Part shown: positions 44,803 through 54,851 of the stretch, piece by piece
Layout: each line of letters opens with the position of its first letter
Position numbering within the stretch: the first letter of the stretch is position 1
Source of the DNA: a virus
DNA: 64,000 bases
Reading direction: 5' to 3' (one strand)
Virus record (IMG/VR): IMGVR_UViG_3300045988_066445
Span: 1-64,000 of that record
The notes under the pieces: generated by a model
Database searches by the model: none
Seen by the model: only the letters and a program-made list of their open reading frames with translations
Told to the model about the DNA's origin: nothing
Made by a program: the position numbers and the translations under genes

Positions 44803-45286
44803 ATATGTTGACACTAAAGTAGTATTTCAGGAGATTCCAGATGAAACTACATTAGCTATAAACATCTCGAACTGTCCATGTCATTGTAAGGGCTGCCATA
44901 GCTCTTACTTGGCAGAGGATATTGGAACTCCTCTTGACGAAGATTCTTTGGTAGAGTTACTACTCAATAATAAAGGTATTACTTGTATAGCCTTCATGGG
45001 AGGAGATTCAGACCCAGAATATATTAACTGGTTAGCTAGTATAATGCGTGACATGAACGATAGCGAACCTGGGAACTGGGCTGATGTAAAGATAGCTTGG
45101 TATAGTGGTAGGCAGGAGTTGTCTCCCGATATTGATTTAAGAAATTTTGACTATATAAAGCTTGGACCTTATATAGAAGAAAAAGGCCCACTCAGTAGTA
45201 GAACTACTAATCAGGTAATGCTCCAAATAGATAACAGCTGTGGAAGATCCATAGTTAAAGACATAACATCACGTTTTTGGAAATGA
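44795..45286 (+). CDS. nrdG: anaerobic RNR activating protein (NrdG-like radical SAM)
   Basis: Cys cluster NCPCHCKGCHS (CxxxCxxC) near the N-terminus. Size and position next to nrdD. Confidence 0.6.
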   Translation: MIKYVDTKVVFQEIPDETTLAINISNCPCHCKGCHSSYLAEDIGTPLDEDSLVELLLNNKGITCIAFMGGDSDPEYINWLASIMRDMNDSEPGNWADVKIAWYSGRQELSPDIDLRNFDYIKLGPYIEEKGPLSSRTTNQVMLQIDNSCGRSIVKDITSRFWK

Positions 45287-45579
45287 TTCTTAAGGTAGTA
45301 TATGATGACGACAGTCAGACTCTGGTTGATAGACTGAAAGATATCCTCCCAAATTATCCTCTTGTTGAGCTAGAAACTTATCATGAGGGATTGTTTAAGG
45401 AGAGGAAGAAAGCCTTTAAGATTAAAGGAGGATTTAGTGCTAGACACACTCCATTCGCAGTACTTATAAATAATGACTCTGAGCCTATTACAGCTTTCTA
45501 CAGTGAAGCAAGTACTTGTACTATAGATGTGATAATTAAAGCATTAAATAGTTTTGTAGCTTATGGTAACGAAAACTGA
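45277..45579 (+). CDS. hypothetical protein
   Basis: 100-aa ORF. Confidence 0.35.
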   Translation: MEMILKVVYDDDSQTLVDRLKDILPNYPLVELETYHEGLFKERKKAFKIKGGFSARHTPFAVLINNDSEPITAFYSEASTCTIDVIIKALNSFVAYGNEN

Positions 45580-45919
45580 AGTAGAGGATATTATTCGTAA
45601 GAAGCAACTTCTGATAAAAGGGCTTGAGGAAAATATTTTCAAAGATTTTACAGAAATGGAAGAGCATTTGCTTCATTCTAAGCATGGAAATATTAAGGTC
45701 TGGCTAAAATCCGGAGTAGGAAAAGTCTATGAAGGTATAACTGGAGCATTTAAAGTAGGACTGCCATTAATAATTGATTGCAATCCTACTAAGGCAGTGT
45801 CTAAGATTATTATGATAGATTGGGACTCTCACATGTTCCAAACTATAGATGAAGACTGGTATAGTTTTGAATTTACGCCAGTGAAACTGCAGGATTTAAC
45901 CACTTTGATAAATGATTAG
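45563..45919 (+). CDS. hypothetical protein
   Basis: 118-aa ORF. Confidence 0.35.
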   Translation: MVTKTEVEDIIRKKQLLIKGLEENIFKDFTEMEEHLLHSKHGNIKVWLKSGVGKVYEGITGAFKVGLPLIIDCNPTKAVSKIIMIDWDSHMFQTIDEDWYSFEFTPVKLQDLTTLIND

Positions 45920-46223
45920 AAAATTTACTAATATCATTTGTGTTTATTACAATGATAAGAATTATATACCAGCTAAATATAATTGTCCAGACTTAGAAAT
46001 TGATGATGTAATTCTCAACCTGACTACAAATAAGGAGCAGAATTATGAGAAAATTTCTGAGATTATAGTTGATTATGCTTTTGCCTTGTTTTGTAATAAG
46101 TCAGATTTAAAAGACTTTGCACAAGACCATAAAAAGTACAAGAGGCAAAACTGGAAATTGCTGGATTTCAGAGAAATAATTAAAACCAATGAGATAACTA
46201 ATAAACAAAAAGATCCAAAATGA
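45912..46223 (+). CDS. hypothetical protein
   Basis: 103-aa ORF. Confidence 0.35.
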   Translation: MIRKFTNIICVYYNDKNYIPAKYNCPDLEIDDVILNLTTNKEQNYEKISEIIVDYAFALFCNKSDLKDFAQDHKKYKRQNWKLLDFREIIKTNEITNKQKDPK

Positions 46224-46774
46224 AATACGGAGTTATTCTAGCTAGATTTCAGCCCATTCATAATGGGCATCTAGCTTTGATTAAGAAAGCGTGTTCTGAG
46301 AATGATAAGGTTCTCTTGTTAGTTGGTAGCGCTAACAAAATAAGTAAACGTAATCCTATCCCTGTTAATATAAGGATAGAATTACTTAAGACTACCTTAG
46401 AGAATGAAAACTTACTAGAAAAATGTGTTATTCATTCCCTGAATGATTTGACTGATGAGACTGATAACTCTCAAGATTGGGGATTCTATTTATATGCTAA
46501 TATTGTTAGTATTATAAAAGAGTCCTCTTTTAATATCTACTATAGCGACGGATATGAAATCATTACCACATGGTTTCCTAAGTTCATGCTTAGAGATTAT
46601 ATATCTATGACTCTTATGGCTAGAGAACAGGTAGAAGAGGGAATATCAGCTACTACTGTTAGAAATGCCATAAGAAATGATCTAGACTTAGAAGGACTAG
46701 TTCCCAAATGTGTTATAGATGCCAAGTTTTATTTAAAAGAATTTATCTTACTCCATGAAAGTATCAATAATTAA
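46220..46774 (+). CDS. nicotinamide-nucleotide adenylyltransferase (NMNAT, NadM/NatV-like)
   Basis: [10 protein letters not shown] matches the (H/T)xGH nucleotidyltransferase motif. ISATTVR matches the ISSTxxR motif. Confidence 0.75.
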   Translation: MKYGVILARFQPIHNGHLALIKKACSENDKVLLLVGSANKISKRNPIPVNIRIELLKTTLENENLLEKCVIHSLNDLTDETDNSQDWGFYLYANIVSIIKESSFNIYYSDGYEIITTWFPKFMLRDYISMTLMAREQVEEGISATTVRNAIRNDLDLEGLVPKCVIDAKFYLKEFILLHESINN

Positions 46775-47336
46775 TAAATCAAGACACAAACTTCCTAAAT
46801 ATGAAACTCTCTTCTCAGCAGGTATGGACATCTGTGGAGACTTTAGCAGAATTAAGTTGGTAGACAATAAGCCTGAAAAGAATTTCTTTGATGCAGATGT
46901 AGTAGCAATACATCTTATAGAAGCTCCTGATGCTCCGTTTGTCCTTGATAAGGAAGGGAATCCTACTGATAGAAAAATTCCTACAATCCAGGCAGCTTCT
47001 ACTATAGAAATTAAACCAGGAGGTAGGTGTCTAATTCCTACTGGACTGTTTATTGCTTTACCTCAGGGTTATGAAGCTCAAATTCGCCCTAGAAGCGGAT
47101 TAGCATTGAAGCAAGGACTTACTGTCCTAAATTCTCCTGGAACCATCGACGCTGACTATAGAGGTGAGATAGGTATTATCTTAGTTAACACTTCTAATCA
47201 GCCTGTGCGAATAAAGGATGGAGAAAGAGTAGCCCAGATGGTGATTGCTAAGCATGAGACTATCGAATGGGAAGAGGTGGAAGAACTACCCTCCACTGAA
47301 AGAGGAGAAGGCGGATTTGGACATACTGGCGTATGA
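46755..47336 (+). CDS. dut: dUTP diphosphatase (dUTPase) / dCTP deaminase-family protein
   Basis: Motif [20 protein letters not shown], motif II-like RSGLALK, C-terminal GxxGFGxTG. Confidence 0.7.
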   Translation: MKVSIINKSRHKLPKYETLFSAGMDICGDFSRIKLVDNKPEKNFFDADVVAIHLIEAPDAPFVLDKEGNPTDRKIPTIQAASTIEIKPGGRCLIPTGLFIALPQGYEAQIRPRSGLALKQGLTVLNSPGTIDADYRGEIGIILVNTSNQPVRIKDGERVAQMVIAKHETIEWEEVEELPSTERGEGGFGHTGV

Positions 47337-47578
47337 TATATTTAGTATTAGCATTAGTAATAATTAATATGTGTATGACTATTTTCTTAATTATACAAAT
47401 TAAGGAGGTTAAGCATCAAGCTAAGATTAACTATACATATATTGATGATACAAGAGACAAGGTTAAATATGTAGCGTCTTCTATGATAGCTGTAAACTCA
47501 ATACCAGATGAGCTTGGCAAACAGTTAGAAAAAATGAAGAAGGAAGTTGTTGTTAAAAATGTATTAAAAGTACCATGA
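47333..47578 (+). CDS. small membrane protein
   Basis: N-terminal TM helix. Confidence 0.35.
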   Translation: MIYLVLALVIINMCMTIFLIIQIKEVKHQAKINYTYIDDTRDKVKYVASSMIAVNSIPDELGKQLEKMKKEVVVKNVLKVP

Positions 47579-47895
47579 CAAAAGAAGAACTAAGAGAACG
47601 TATTTTGGAACTTAGCGCTAAGATACAGAAGGAAGATAGTAAGTCCGCTATCTCAGAAATGGATAAAGAATGTGAAAATCTTCTAGACGAATTAGAGGAT
47701 GTTCTATTTGAAGAATTAAATAGCCTAAAAGTTATAATCAGAACTGAAGTAATAGTAGACAGATACGATGTAGATATGGATTTAATAGTTTCTGATTATA
47801 TAGAAACCGGAAATCTAGAAGATACTTTTAAGGTAATATCTGGAGAATGCGATTGTGGTTGGAAAACGGAGATTAAAAAAGAAATATTAAAATGA
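47575..47895 (+). CDS. hypothetical acidic protein
   Basis: 106-aa ORF. Confidence 0.35.
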   Translation: MTKEELRERILELSAKIQKEDSKSAISEMDKECENLLDELEDVLFEELNSLKVIIRTEVIVDRYDVDMDLIVSDYIETGNLEDTFKVISGECDCGWKTEIKKEILK

Positions 47896-47904
47896 TTTCA
47901 TGTT

Positions 47905-48210
47905 ATGACTAAGGAAGGATTTGTTAAGCTGATTGAGAATGCCCAGAACTATTCTAAAGAACTAGATAGATGGTACAATTTCGGCATCGAATTATATGAA
48001 TTACCAATATCAGAGTTGGGTTGGGGATTTCTAAACATCACGTTACCAGAACTTTTCTCCGATGAGGGAGTAGACTGGATTAACTGGTGGCTGTTTGAAA
48101 AACCAGGATTTGGAGGAGAGCCTAACCAGGCATACAATGAAGACGGCAGCATGATTCCTACTGACACGATAGATGATTTATGGGAGTTAGTTAAAGAATA
48201 TCAGAAGTAA
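47905..48210 (+). CDS. hypothetical protein
   Basis: 101-aa ORF, Trp-rich. Confidence 0.35.
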   Translation: MTKEGFVKLIENAQNYSKELDRWYNFGIELYELPISELGWGFLNITLPELFSDEGVDWINWWLFEKPGFGGEPNQAYNEDGSMIPTDTIDDLWELVKEYQK

Positions 48211-48281
48211 ATGGGCACGGATAAAGACGGCAAAGAAATTTTTGGAGATAAACTTTCTATAGAATTTTATAATAAGACTGA

Positions 48282-49481
48282 ATGATTAAATATTTATTAA
48301 GTAAAGCCTCAACTGGTAAATTTAGAGTTGCGTATTTGTCTACTACTGAGGAGTGGGATGAAGAAAAAGCTGGATTTGTAATTAACAGAGTTACTGGTCA
48401 GCTACATGGAAAGATGACAGAACAGCCTGAAATTGTTATTACGAAAGGTAAGGCAGGTAGAACTCACAGAGAACAACTTGAGTTGCAGTTTAAGTCTGAG
48501 CTTAAGAAATATTTAGATAAAGGTTACAAGGAAATGGAAAATGATCCGGAAACCTACAGTGAAACACAATTGGAGGAGTTTTATGGAGACATCAAGACGG
48601 ACCAGAATGGATTTGCAAAGCATATGCTTGCAAAATCTGCAGATAAGGTTAAAGAATCCTCAATCAATAAGGTCAAGTATTGGTATGCTAGCCGAAAAAT
48701 TGATGGAGTTAGGTGTTCCTTCTACTACAAGGATGGTGAGATTTTATCTGCTTCTAGGGGAGGGGGAAATTATGACTATTCAACAGGTCATATCAGAAGA
48801 AATAAGAAATTGCTTAAGTTCTTCGAATCTCATCCCGCTTACATACTTGATGGAGAGTTGTATAAACATGGTAAAAGCCTCCAACAAATCAGTGGAGCAG
48901 CTCGTCTTGAGAAGAACGCAGTTGACTGCGACTGGCTTGAATATTATGTTTACGACATCATGATTCCTGGAATGAAGTTCTCAGATAGATTAGAGATTCT
49001 TAAGCAGTTGCAAAAGGAGCTTAATCTTGGGTTTGACCCAAATAGAGAATGGGAAGAAGGAGAACTTCAAATGCAATTAGTTCCACAGGAGAAGGTTTCT
49101 GGATATGAAAATATAATGAAACTCCATGACCAGTATGTATCAGAAGGTTGGGAAGGAGTAGTATGTAGAAATCCTGATAAGGAGTATGGCTTCGGAAAAC
49201 GTACTAATGATATGCTTAAATTTAAATTCTATAAAGATGCAGAGTTTGAAATTACTGGCTTATCAGAAGGTCTTCGAGAAGAGGATATGTGTTTTACGTT
49301 GGTAACTGAAGACGGTATAGAATTTAAGGCTAAACCTATGGGTTCTAGGGAGCTTAAGCAACAGTATAGAGAAAGACTTAAAGAGCTTATTGGAAAGATG
49401 GCTACTGTTAAGTATTTCTACCTATCTGATGAGGGAACTCCACTACAACCTGTATTGAAATGTATTCGCGACTATGAGTGA
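48282..49481 (+). CDS. ATP-dependent DNA ligase
   Basis: Motif I KIDGVR, motif III-like LDGELY, motif IV EGVVCR, motif V LKFK. Confidence 0.75.
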   Translation: MIKYLLSKASTGKFRVAYLSTTEEWDEEKAGFVINRVTGQLHGKMTEQPEIVITKGKAGRTHREQLELQFKSELKKYLDKGYKEMENDPETYSETQLEEFYGDIKTDQNGFAKHMLAKSADKVKESSINKVKYWYASRKIDGVRCSFYYKDGEILSASRGGGNYDYSTGHIRRNKKLLKFFESHPAYILDGELYKHGKSLQQISGAARLEKNAVDCDWLEYYVYDIMIPGMKFSDRLEILKQLQKELNLGFDPNREWEEGELQMQLVPQEKVSGYENIMKLHDQYVSEGWEGVVCRNPDKEYGFGKRTNDMLKFKFYKDAEFEITGLSEGLREEDMCFTLVTEDGIEFKAKPMGSRELKQQYRERLKELIGKMATVKYFYLSDEGTPLQPVLKCIRDYE

Positions 49482-49629
49482 TGTAGAAAGAAGACTTTTT
49501 ATGCTTTGTAGTAATCTGTTTGTCGATCGCTTTAAGACATATAAAAAAGGTGAGTATTACATAGTGGGAGGAAATAAGTGGAAAATTAACCTTTATAACG
49601 AAGCATAAATTTAGCAAATATATTTAAAA

Positions 49630-50280
49630 ATGAAAAAGATTAACTATAGGCAATATTACTATAATGGGGACTATTATAACAAAGAGCTTCTAGTTCCAGA
49701 AGAGTGTAAAATGTACGAGGTCGGGCTTGTAGCAGTATCCCATCAAGTTAAAGACAGAGAAGAAACCTGGGCTAAAACATACGTATTGATTTGCCCAACG
49801 GAATTTGAAAATGCTATTCTTCTGGGAAATGTATATTTTAACTATTTGGATGATATATTCGTCATAGAAACTGAAGTACCCATTTTGGACGTCGATACGG
49901 CTCCAAGATTTAATAATGTGTATTCTATAGGAAAATATAAAAATCCTAGTGCGGAATCTAAGTTACGAGATTATTTAGGTAAAATAGGGGAGCTTAGGGA
50001 AGCGACGGAGGACGATTTGAAAGAAATGACTAAATTATATCAGGAATCGACAGGAATTGGTTCTATCTGTATGTTAAGAAGATTAACCTATACAGGAATA
50101 GAAGCTAGTAACATAAGCTTTAAGAGCTGGATTGATGGTAGTGATGAGGCTATTATGGCTATTACAAAAATAGGATACGGAACCCTACTTTCACATGATT
50201 TTGTTGCTGATCCAGATGTAGCTAAACTATTCCAAAAGAAGTCAGCAGAAATATATAAATCTATTGTCAATAATGAATGA
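49630..50280 (+). CDS. hypothetical protein
   Basis: 216-aa ORF. Confidence 0.4.
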   Translation: MKKINYRQYYYNGDYYNKELLVPEECKMYEVGLVAVSHQVKDREETWAKTYVLICPTEFENAILLGNVYFNYLDDIFVIETEVPILDVDTAPRFNNVYSIGKYKNPSAESKLRDYLGKIGELREATEDDLKEMTKLYQESTGIGSICMLRRLTYTGIEASNISFKSWIDGSDEAIMAITKIGYGTLLSHDFVADPDVAKLFQKKSAEIYKSIVNNE

Positions 50281-50491
50281 TGTAGAGAAACGTTACACCT
50301 GGCTAATTAAGCATTTAATATGGAACGGCTCGAAACAGACTGATGGTGTCTACTGGGTTAAAATTACCCAGGAAGATGCCTCTACCCTTAAGAAAAAGTA
50401 CGAGGTGAAAGATACTCGTACTTTGAAAGGAGGGATTAAAGCAGATGTTATAAGAATGTGTGATAATTTTATTGTACTTGATACACGATGA
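50264..50491 (+). CDS. hypothetical protein
   Basis: 75-aa ORF. Confidence 0.3.
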   Translation: MSIMNDVEKRYTWLIKHLIWNGSKQTDGVYWVKITQEDASTLKKKYEVKDTRTLKGGIKADVIRMCDNFIVLDTR

Positions 50492-50982
50492 AATACGAAA
50501 AGTTTGATATTTTAAAGAAGGCTAAATTCTCTGCTATTCCAAATAATAGAGAATTATACATAGTATATGTAGAGTGTGATGCGAACGATGGAGATTACAT
50601 GAGAGATACTCTCGAATTTGATAAAAACTCCTTTGAGGAAGACGAGCTTCTTTTACTAGTGCTGTCCTATGTCAGTAAATATTCTGGCAAGTTCTCAGAG
50701 GGAAAAGGTTGGAATGATAGGCATTATGGACATCACGTGGATGAGAATGAGGACTTCCCATGGTTAAGTGACTACTTATCAGAGAATGATATTCTAATCT
50801 TTGCTGGGATGTGTGATATGCCGTGCCACAGTGTAAGTGGTATAGACATTGTATACTATGATGATAATGGGATAGCTAACAAAGTAAAGCTTCCAGATGT
50901 GGATGATTTATTTGAAAGCAAAGGGGAGTTTGTAAATTATTTAAACAAGCTATATTCAGCTTATTATGACGAAATTGAATAA
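50488..50982 (+). CDS. hypothetical acidic protein
   Basis: 164-aa ORF. Confidence 0.4.
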   Translation: MKYEKFDILKKAKFSAIPNNRELYIVYVECDANDGDYMRDTLEFDKNSFEEDELLLLVLSYVSKYSGKFSEGKGWNDRHYGHHVDENEDFPWLSDYLSENDILIFAGMCDMPCHSVSGIDIVYYDDNGIANKVKLPDVDDLFESKGEFVNYLNKLYSAYYDEIE

Positions 50983-51292
50983 AGGAGGGAAGCTTCCAAA
51001 TAAGTTTAAAATAGCTAATCAAGAAATAACTGTAGTCATGGAAGACTCTCTTCCAAATAATGACTATGGTTATTTCTGTGATGCTACAAATACCATTAAG
51101 TTAGCTAGAACTATTAACTCTGAACATGATGGGGAAGTTATTTTAAGTGATGAACAAGTAAGAAATACTTTTTATCACGAATTATTCCACGTGTTTCAAT
51201 TTTACTTTAATAATGAGTTTAACGAAACACAAGCTCAGGTGTATGCTAACTTTATGTGTGAATTTATAGAAACTACAGAAGAACCATTTTAA
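50966..51292 (+). CDS. small protein with HExxH zinc-metallopeptidase motif
   Basis: FYHELFHVFQ (HELFH) near the C-terminus of a 108-aa ORF. Confidence 0.35.
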   Translation: MTKLNKGGKLPNKFKIANQEITVVMEDSLPNNDYGYFCDATNTIKLARTINSEHDGEVILSDEQVRNTFYHELFHVFQFYFNNEFNETQAQVYANFMCEFIETTEEPF

Positions 51293-51303
51293 ATAGAGAA
51301 TAA

Positions 51304-52671
51304 ATGAAGTTATCTAAGAGTAAAAGAGCCAACGTAAATTATTTGGCAAAGATTGTAGACATTAAGAATTTCAGAGCGCATAGTAATCCAGAGGTTACTA
51401 GACTTAAGTGTTGTACCATTGATGGTTTCAATATCATTACTGGGATTGACTCACAGCCTGGATTGTATGTATACTTTCCAACAGCCTGTTGCATAAATCC
51501 AGACTTTTTGAGGTATTGTAATCTATACCGCCATAAGGAATTAAATAACGACCCAGAACAAACTGGTATGTTTGAGGACAATGGTAGGGTAAAGGCTATC
51601 AGACTAAAGAATGAATTGTCTGAAGGATTTATTCTTCCAGTAGTTCAATTCCAGAACTATATAATGTCGGTGACTAATAAGGAGATTGATACTGAAGCAG
51701 GTACTGAATTTGATATTGTAGAACATGAAGGCAAGGAATTTTGGATTAACAAGAAATATATCCCGAAAAGACAGCAAGGACAAGGAGGAACTCCACGTAA
51801 CAACCAAACGAAGAAAGTCAAAGGAATCAGTAAAGTTATTGATGAACAATTTAGATTCCACTACGACACAACTCTTATTAAGAAATGTCCTAATGTGATT
51901 CATCCTAATGATTTGATTAGTATTACTGAGAAAATACATGGAACTTCTGGTATCTCAGCATATGTTTTGTGTAAGCAAGACTTAAATTGGAAACAGAAGA
52001 TTGCTAGATGGTTAACTAAGGAAGAGTTTAATAAATATGATTATCTCTACGCATCTAGAACCGTCATCAAGAATCAGTTCTACAACAAAAATGTTACTCC
52101 AGGATTTTATGGATGTGACGTTTGGGCAGAGGCTGACAAAATTGTTAAGCCGTGCTTGTCAAAAGGTATGACCGCGTATTATGAAATAGTAGGATTCTTA
52201 CCTAATGGTGGTTATATCCAGAAGAACTACGATTATGGATGTATGCCTCCAAAAGAGGGAGAGTCATATACTCACGAAAAGCATTTCAAGGTTCGTATCT
52301 ATCGTGTAACTATAACTAATGTAGATGGTGTAGTTCATGAGTTCTCTGCTCGCGAAGTTCAGCAATGGTGTGCCAAAGTTGGACTTATTCCAGTAGAGGA
52401 ATGGTATTACGGAACTGCAAAGTCTTTATATCCAGAACTCAATGAAGCTGAACATTGGAATGAAAACTTCATGGAGAAGCTAGCAAATGATACACAGTTC
52501 TATATGGAACGCAATTCTCCGTCTTGCGACAATAAAGTACCTCACGAAGGGATTGTTATCAAGATTGAGAATATGAAGTCAGAAGCCTTTAAGCTAAAAT
52601 GCTTTAAATTCCTTGATAAGGAAGGTAAGGAATTAGATAAGGGAGAAACTAATATTGAAGACGAAGCTTAA
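51304..52671 (+). CDS. ATP-dependent RNA ligase (Rnl2-like nucleotidyltransferase domain with a roughly 200-aa N-terminal extension)
   Basis: Motif I EKIHGTSG (KxHG), motif IV EGIVIKIEN, motif V FKLKCFKF. A separate DNA ligase exists at 48282. Confidence 0.55.
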   Translation: MKLSKSKRANVNYLAKIVDIKNFRAHSNPEVTRLKCCTIDGFNIITGIDSQPGLYVYFPTACCINPDFLRYCNLYRHKELNNDPEQTGMFEDNGRVKAIRLKNELSEGFILPVVQFQNYIMSVTNKEIDTEAGTEFDIVEHEGKEFWINKKYIPKRQQGQGGTPRNNQTKKVKGISKVIDEQFRFHYDTTLIKKCPNVIHPNDLISITEKIHGTSGISAYVLCKQDLNWKQKIARWLTKEEFNKYDYLYASRTVIKNQFYNKNVTPGFYGCDVWAEADKIVKPCLSKGMTAYYEIVGFLPNGGYIQKNYDYGCMPPKEGESYTHEKHFKVRIYRVTITNVDGVVHEFSAREVQQWCAKVGLIPVEEWYYGTAKSLYPELNEAEHWNENFMEKLANDTQFYMERNSPSCDNKVPHEGIVIKIENMKSEAFKLKCFKFLDKEGKELDKGETNIEDEA

Positions 52672-52673
52672 TT

Positions 52674-52961
52674 ATGCAGAAACTAGCTATAACATATGAG
52701 GTTACTATGTCTCAACATGCTGACATTGATATTGATGAAATAATTGAGGCAGTTATAACTAATCTTAAAGTCGAAGGGAAAGCTATAAACTTGGATTATT
52801 TAAGCTATGAATTTGAAGACAATGTAGGGTATTATTTAGAATCTCTCAATATGATAAATGATGCAAGCTTACTTAGTGAGTCTACTGTAGAAACAATTTG
52901 TGAAGCATTTCGCTATAGGGCTGCAAGAATACATCCTGAATATGCTGGAACGTCTATTTAG
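52674..52961 (+). CDS. hypothetical protein
   Basis: 95-aa ORF. Confidence 0.35.
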   Translation: MQKLAITYEVTMSQHADIDIDEIIEAVITNLKVEGKAINLDYLSYEFEDNVGYYLESLNMINDASLLSESTVETICEAFRYRAARIHPEYAGTSI

Positions 52962-53529
52962 TAAAAAGTATGGAAGTCTGTATTATAGGATTTCCTACTT
53001 TTTTCATAGTAAGATTCCGTTTATCTCTCCAGGGTGGAATGAGTATAGAAACCCTTGGTATCACTGGTGGAAGGTTAGAAAATATTTTAAATGTCCAAAG
53101 ACTCATTTCTTCTTTAGGAAAAACTTCTGGACATTTGGACTTCCAATCAGGAGAGACTACTATAACCCTATCCTAGACATAGGATTCCATGCATTAGGGT
53201 GGAAGGATAAATGGGATAGTCCGAGGCATGAATGGGACCCCATGATTTGCATAACCTTTTTCAGAACTTGGCATTTGTTATGGATATTTAACTGGGTAAT
53301 CGAAGAAGAAAAGAATAGTATTACAAAGAGCATGGCTACTTGGGAAGCTATCTTAGATTATTCCTACTATAACAAGACTATAGACCAAGCTATCGACAAC
53401 CATGTTTGGAGTTATGAAGAGGATAGTGAAAAGAAATATATAACTATTATTTCTAATATGACTAAAAAAGGATTAAAAGAATATGAACCCAAACACGCTG
53501 AAGAAAATACAGAGGTTGAAGAATGGTGA
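52900..53529 (+). CDS. hypothetical Trp/Tyr-rich protein
   Basis: 209-aa ORF overlapping the upstream gene. Confidence 0.35.
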   Translation: MKHFAIGLQEYILNMLERLFSKKYGSLYYRISYFFHSKIPFISPGWNEYRNPWYHWWKVRKYFKCPKTHFFFRKNFWTFGLPIRRDYYNPILDIGFHALGWKDKWDSPRHEWDPMICITFFRTWHLLWIFNWVIEEEKNSITKSMATWEAILDYSYYNKTIDQAIDNHVWSYEEDSEKKYITIISNMTKKGLKEYEPKHAEENTEVEEW

Positions 53530-53779
53530 GTCTTTTGTTACAAGCGAACCAGGAAATTCAATGCTACCTCTGTATAAGAGTAATGAGAAACATCTTGTCA
53601 CGCCTATAACTTGGCAAGAATGTAATATTGGAGATGTTGTATTCTGTAAGGTTAGAGGTTCCTGCGTCACTCACAAAGTATACGCAGTGGATTCTAACAA
53701 AGGATGCCTTATTGGTAATAACAAGGGGCATATGAACGGATGGACTAAGAATGTTTATGGTTTAGCACACAAATTATGA
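53483..53779 (+). CDS. hypothetical protein
   Basis: 98-aa ORF. Confidence 0.35.
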   Translation: MNPNTLKKIQRLKNGESFVTSEPGNSMLPLYKSNEKHLVTPITWQECNIGDVVFCKVRGSCVTHKVYAVDSNKGCLIGNNKGHMNGWTKNVYGLAHKL

Positions 53780-54471
53780 AAATATGTGTTTTGAGTGATT
53801 TGCATGGATTTCTAATTGATTATATTCAGCCATGCGAATTAGTGTTAATCTGTGGGGATATTGTGCCGTTAAGGATGCAAAGAAACAAACCACAGTGTGA
53901 AAAATGGCTAAAGACAGAATTTGCAGACTGGATAAAATCTCTTCCCTGTGAAAAGGTTGTATTTGTAGCCGGGAATCATGATTTTGTATTTGAGAATAGA
54001 GAGCTATTATGGATAAATTCTATAATTACTCATCCTACAGAAGGAAAAGCAATCTATTTAGAGAATCGCCATTGTGATTACTTAGGTAGTGAAGGAAGGG
54101 TATACAGAATATATGGAACACCAGCTTGCCACATATTTGGTAATTGGGCATTTATGTATTCCGATGAAAAGCTTCAAGAACTATACTCAAATATTCCAGG
54201 AAATTGTGATGTATTAATTAGTCATGATGCTCCTAAATTAAATAATTGCGGTTTGGTGCCTCCTAATATGTGGCATTCTGACCCTGTAGATGCTGGAAAC
54301 AGTGTCTTGGCTTCAGCAATCCTAGATAAGAAACCGAAATATGCTTTTTGTGGACATATCCATGAGGGAAATCACCAACTGACAGAAGCTGGTGAATCTA
54401 AGATTGCTAATGTATCTATACTTGATGATACCTACAGTATTAATTATGAACCTTTATATTTGGATATTTGA
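53776..54471 (+). CDS. calcineurin-like metallophosphoesterase (second copy, different subfamily)
   Basis: Motifs LSDLHG, GDIVP, GNHD and GHIHEG. Confidence 0.6.
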   Translation: MKICVLSDLHGFLIDYIQPCELVLICGDIVPLRMQRNKPQCEKWLKTEFADWIKSLPCEKVVFVAGNHDFVFENRELLWINSIITHPTEGKAIYLENRHCDYLGSEGRVYRIYGTPACHIFGNWAFMYSDEKLQELYSNIPGNCDVLISHDAPKLNNCGLVPPNMWHSDPVDAGNSVLASAILDKKPKYAFCGHIHEGNHQLTEAGESKIANVSILDDTYSINYEPLYLDI

Positions 54472-54604
54472 TACTATTCTTGTGTATTTATTTGGAGGAA
54501 TAGTATTGTTATTAGTAACAGTTGGAATTTATGAGATAATACAGGAGGAAACTAACTTCCTTAATGCCTACGGGTCTAGATTCATTTGCAATATTAAAAA
54601 TTAA
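54392..54604 (+). CDS. small membrane protein
   Basis: Hydrophobic 70-aa ORF. True start may be internal. Confidence 0.25.
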   Translation: MNLRLLMYLYLMIPTVLIMNLYIWIFDTILVYLFGGIVLLLVTVGIYEIIQEETNFLNAYGSRFICNIKN

Positions 54605-54851
54605 TCAAATGGAACAAGCTGTTTTTCAAAGAATGTTGGGAGAATTTAACGAGGTTAACGAACGTGCTACAAAACTAAGAGATTTTATTCTCAGTGATAA
54701 AAGCAAGGAGATTGATAATCTTAATCGCGACCTATTAATTGCTCAACTAAAAGCAATGGAGGCTTATGTATCTGTACTATCTATTCGTATAGGACTGAAC
54801 TCTCCTAAAGATGAAATACAAGAGGCAGAGATTGTAAAGGAAGGTGAATAA
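54564..54851 (+). CDS. hypothetical protein
   Basis: 95-aa ORF upstream of the sigma factor. Confidence 0.35.
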   Translation: MPTGLDSFAILKINQMEQAVFQRMLGEFNEVNERATKLRDFILSDKSKEIDNLNRDLLIAQLKAMEAYVSVLSIRIGLNSPKDEIQEAEIVKEGE

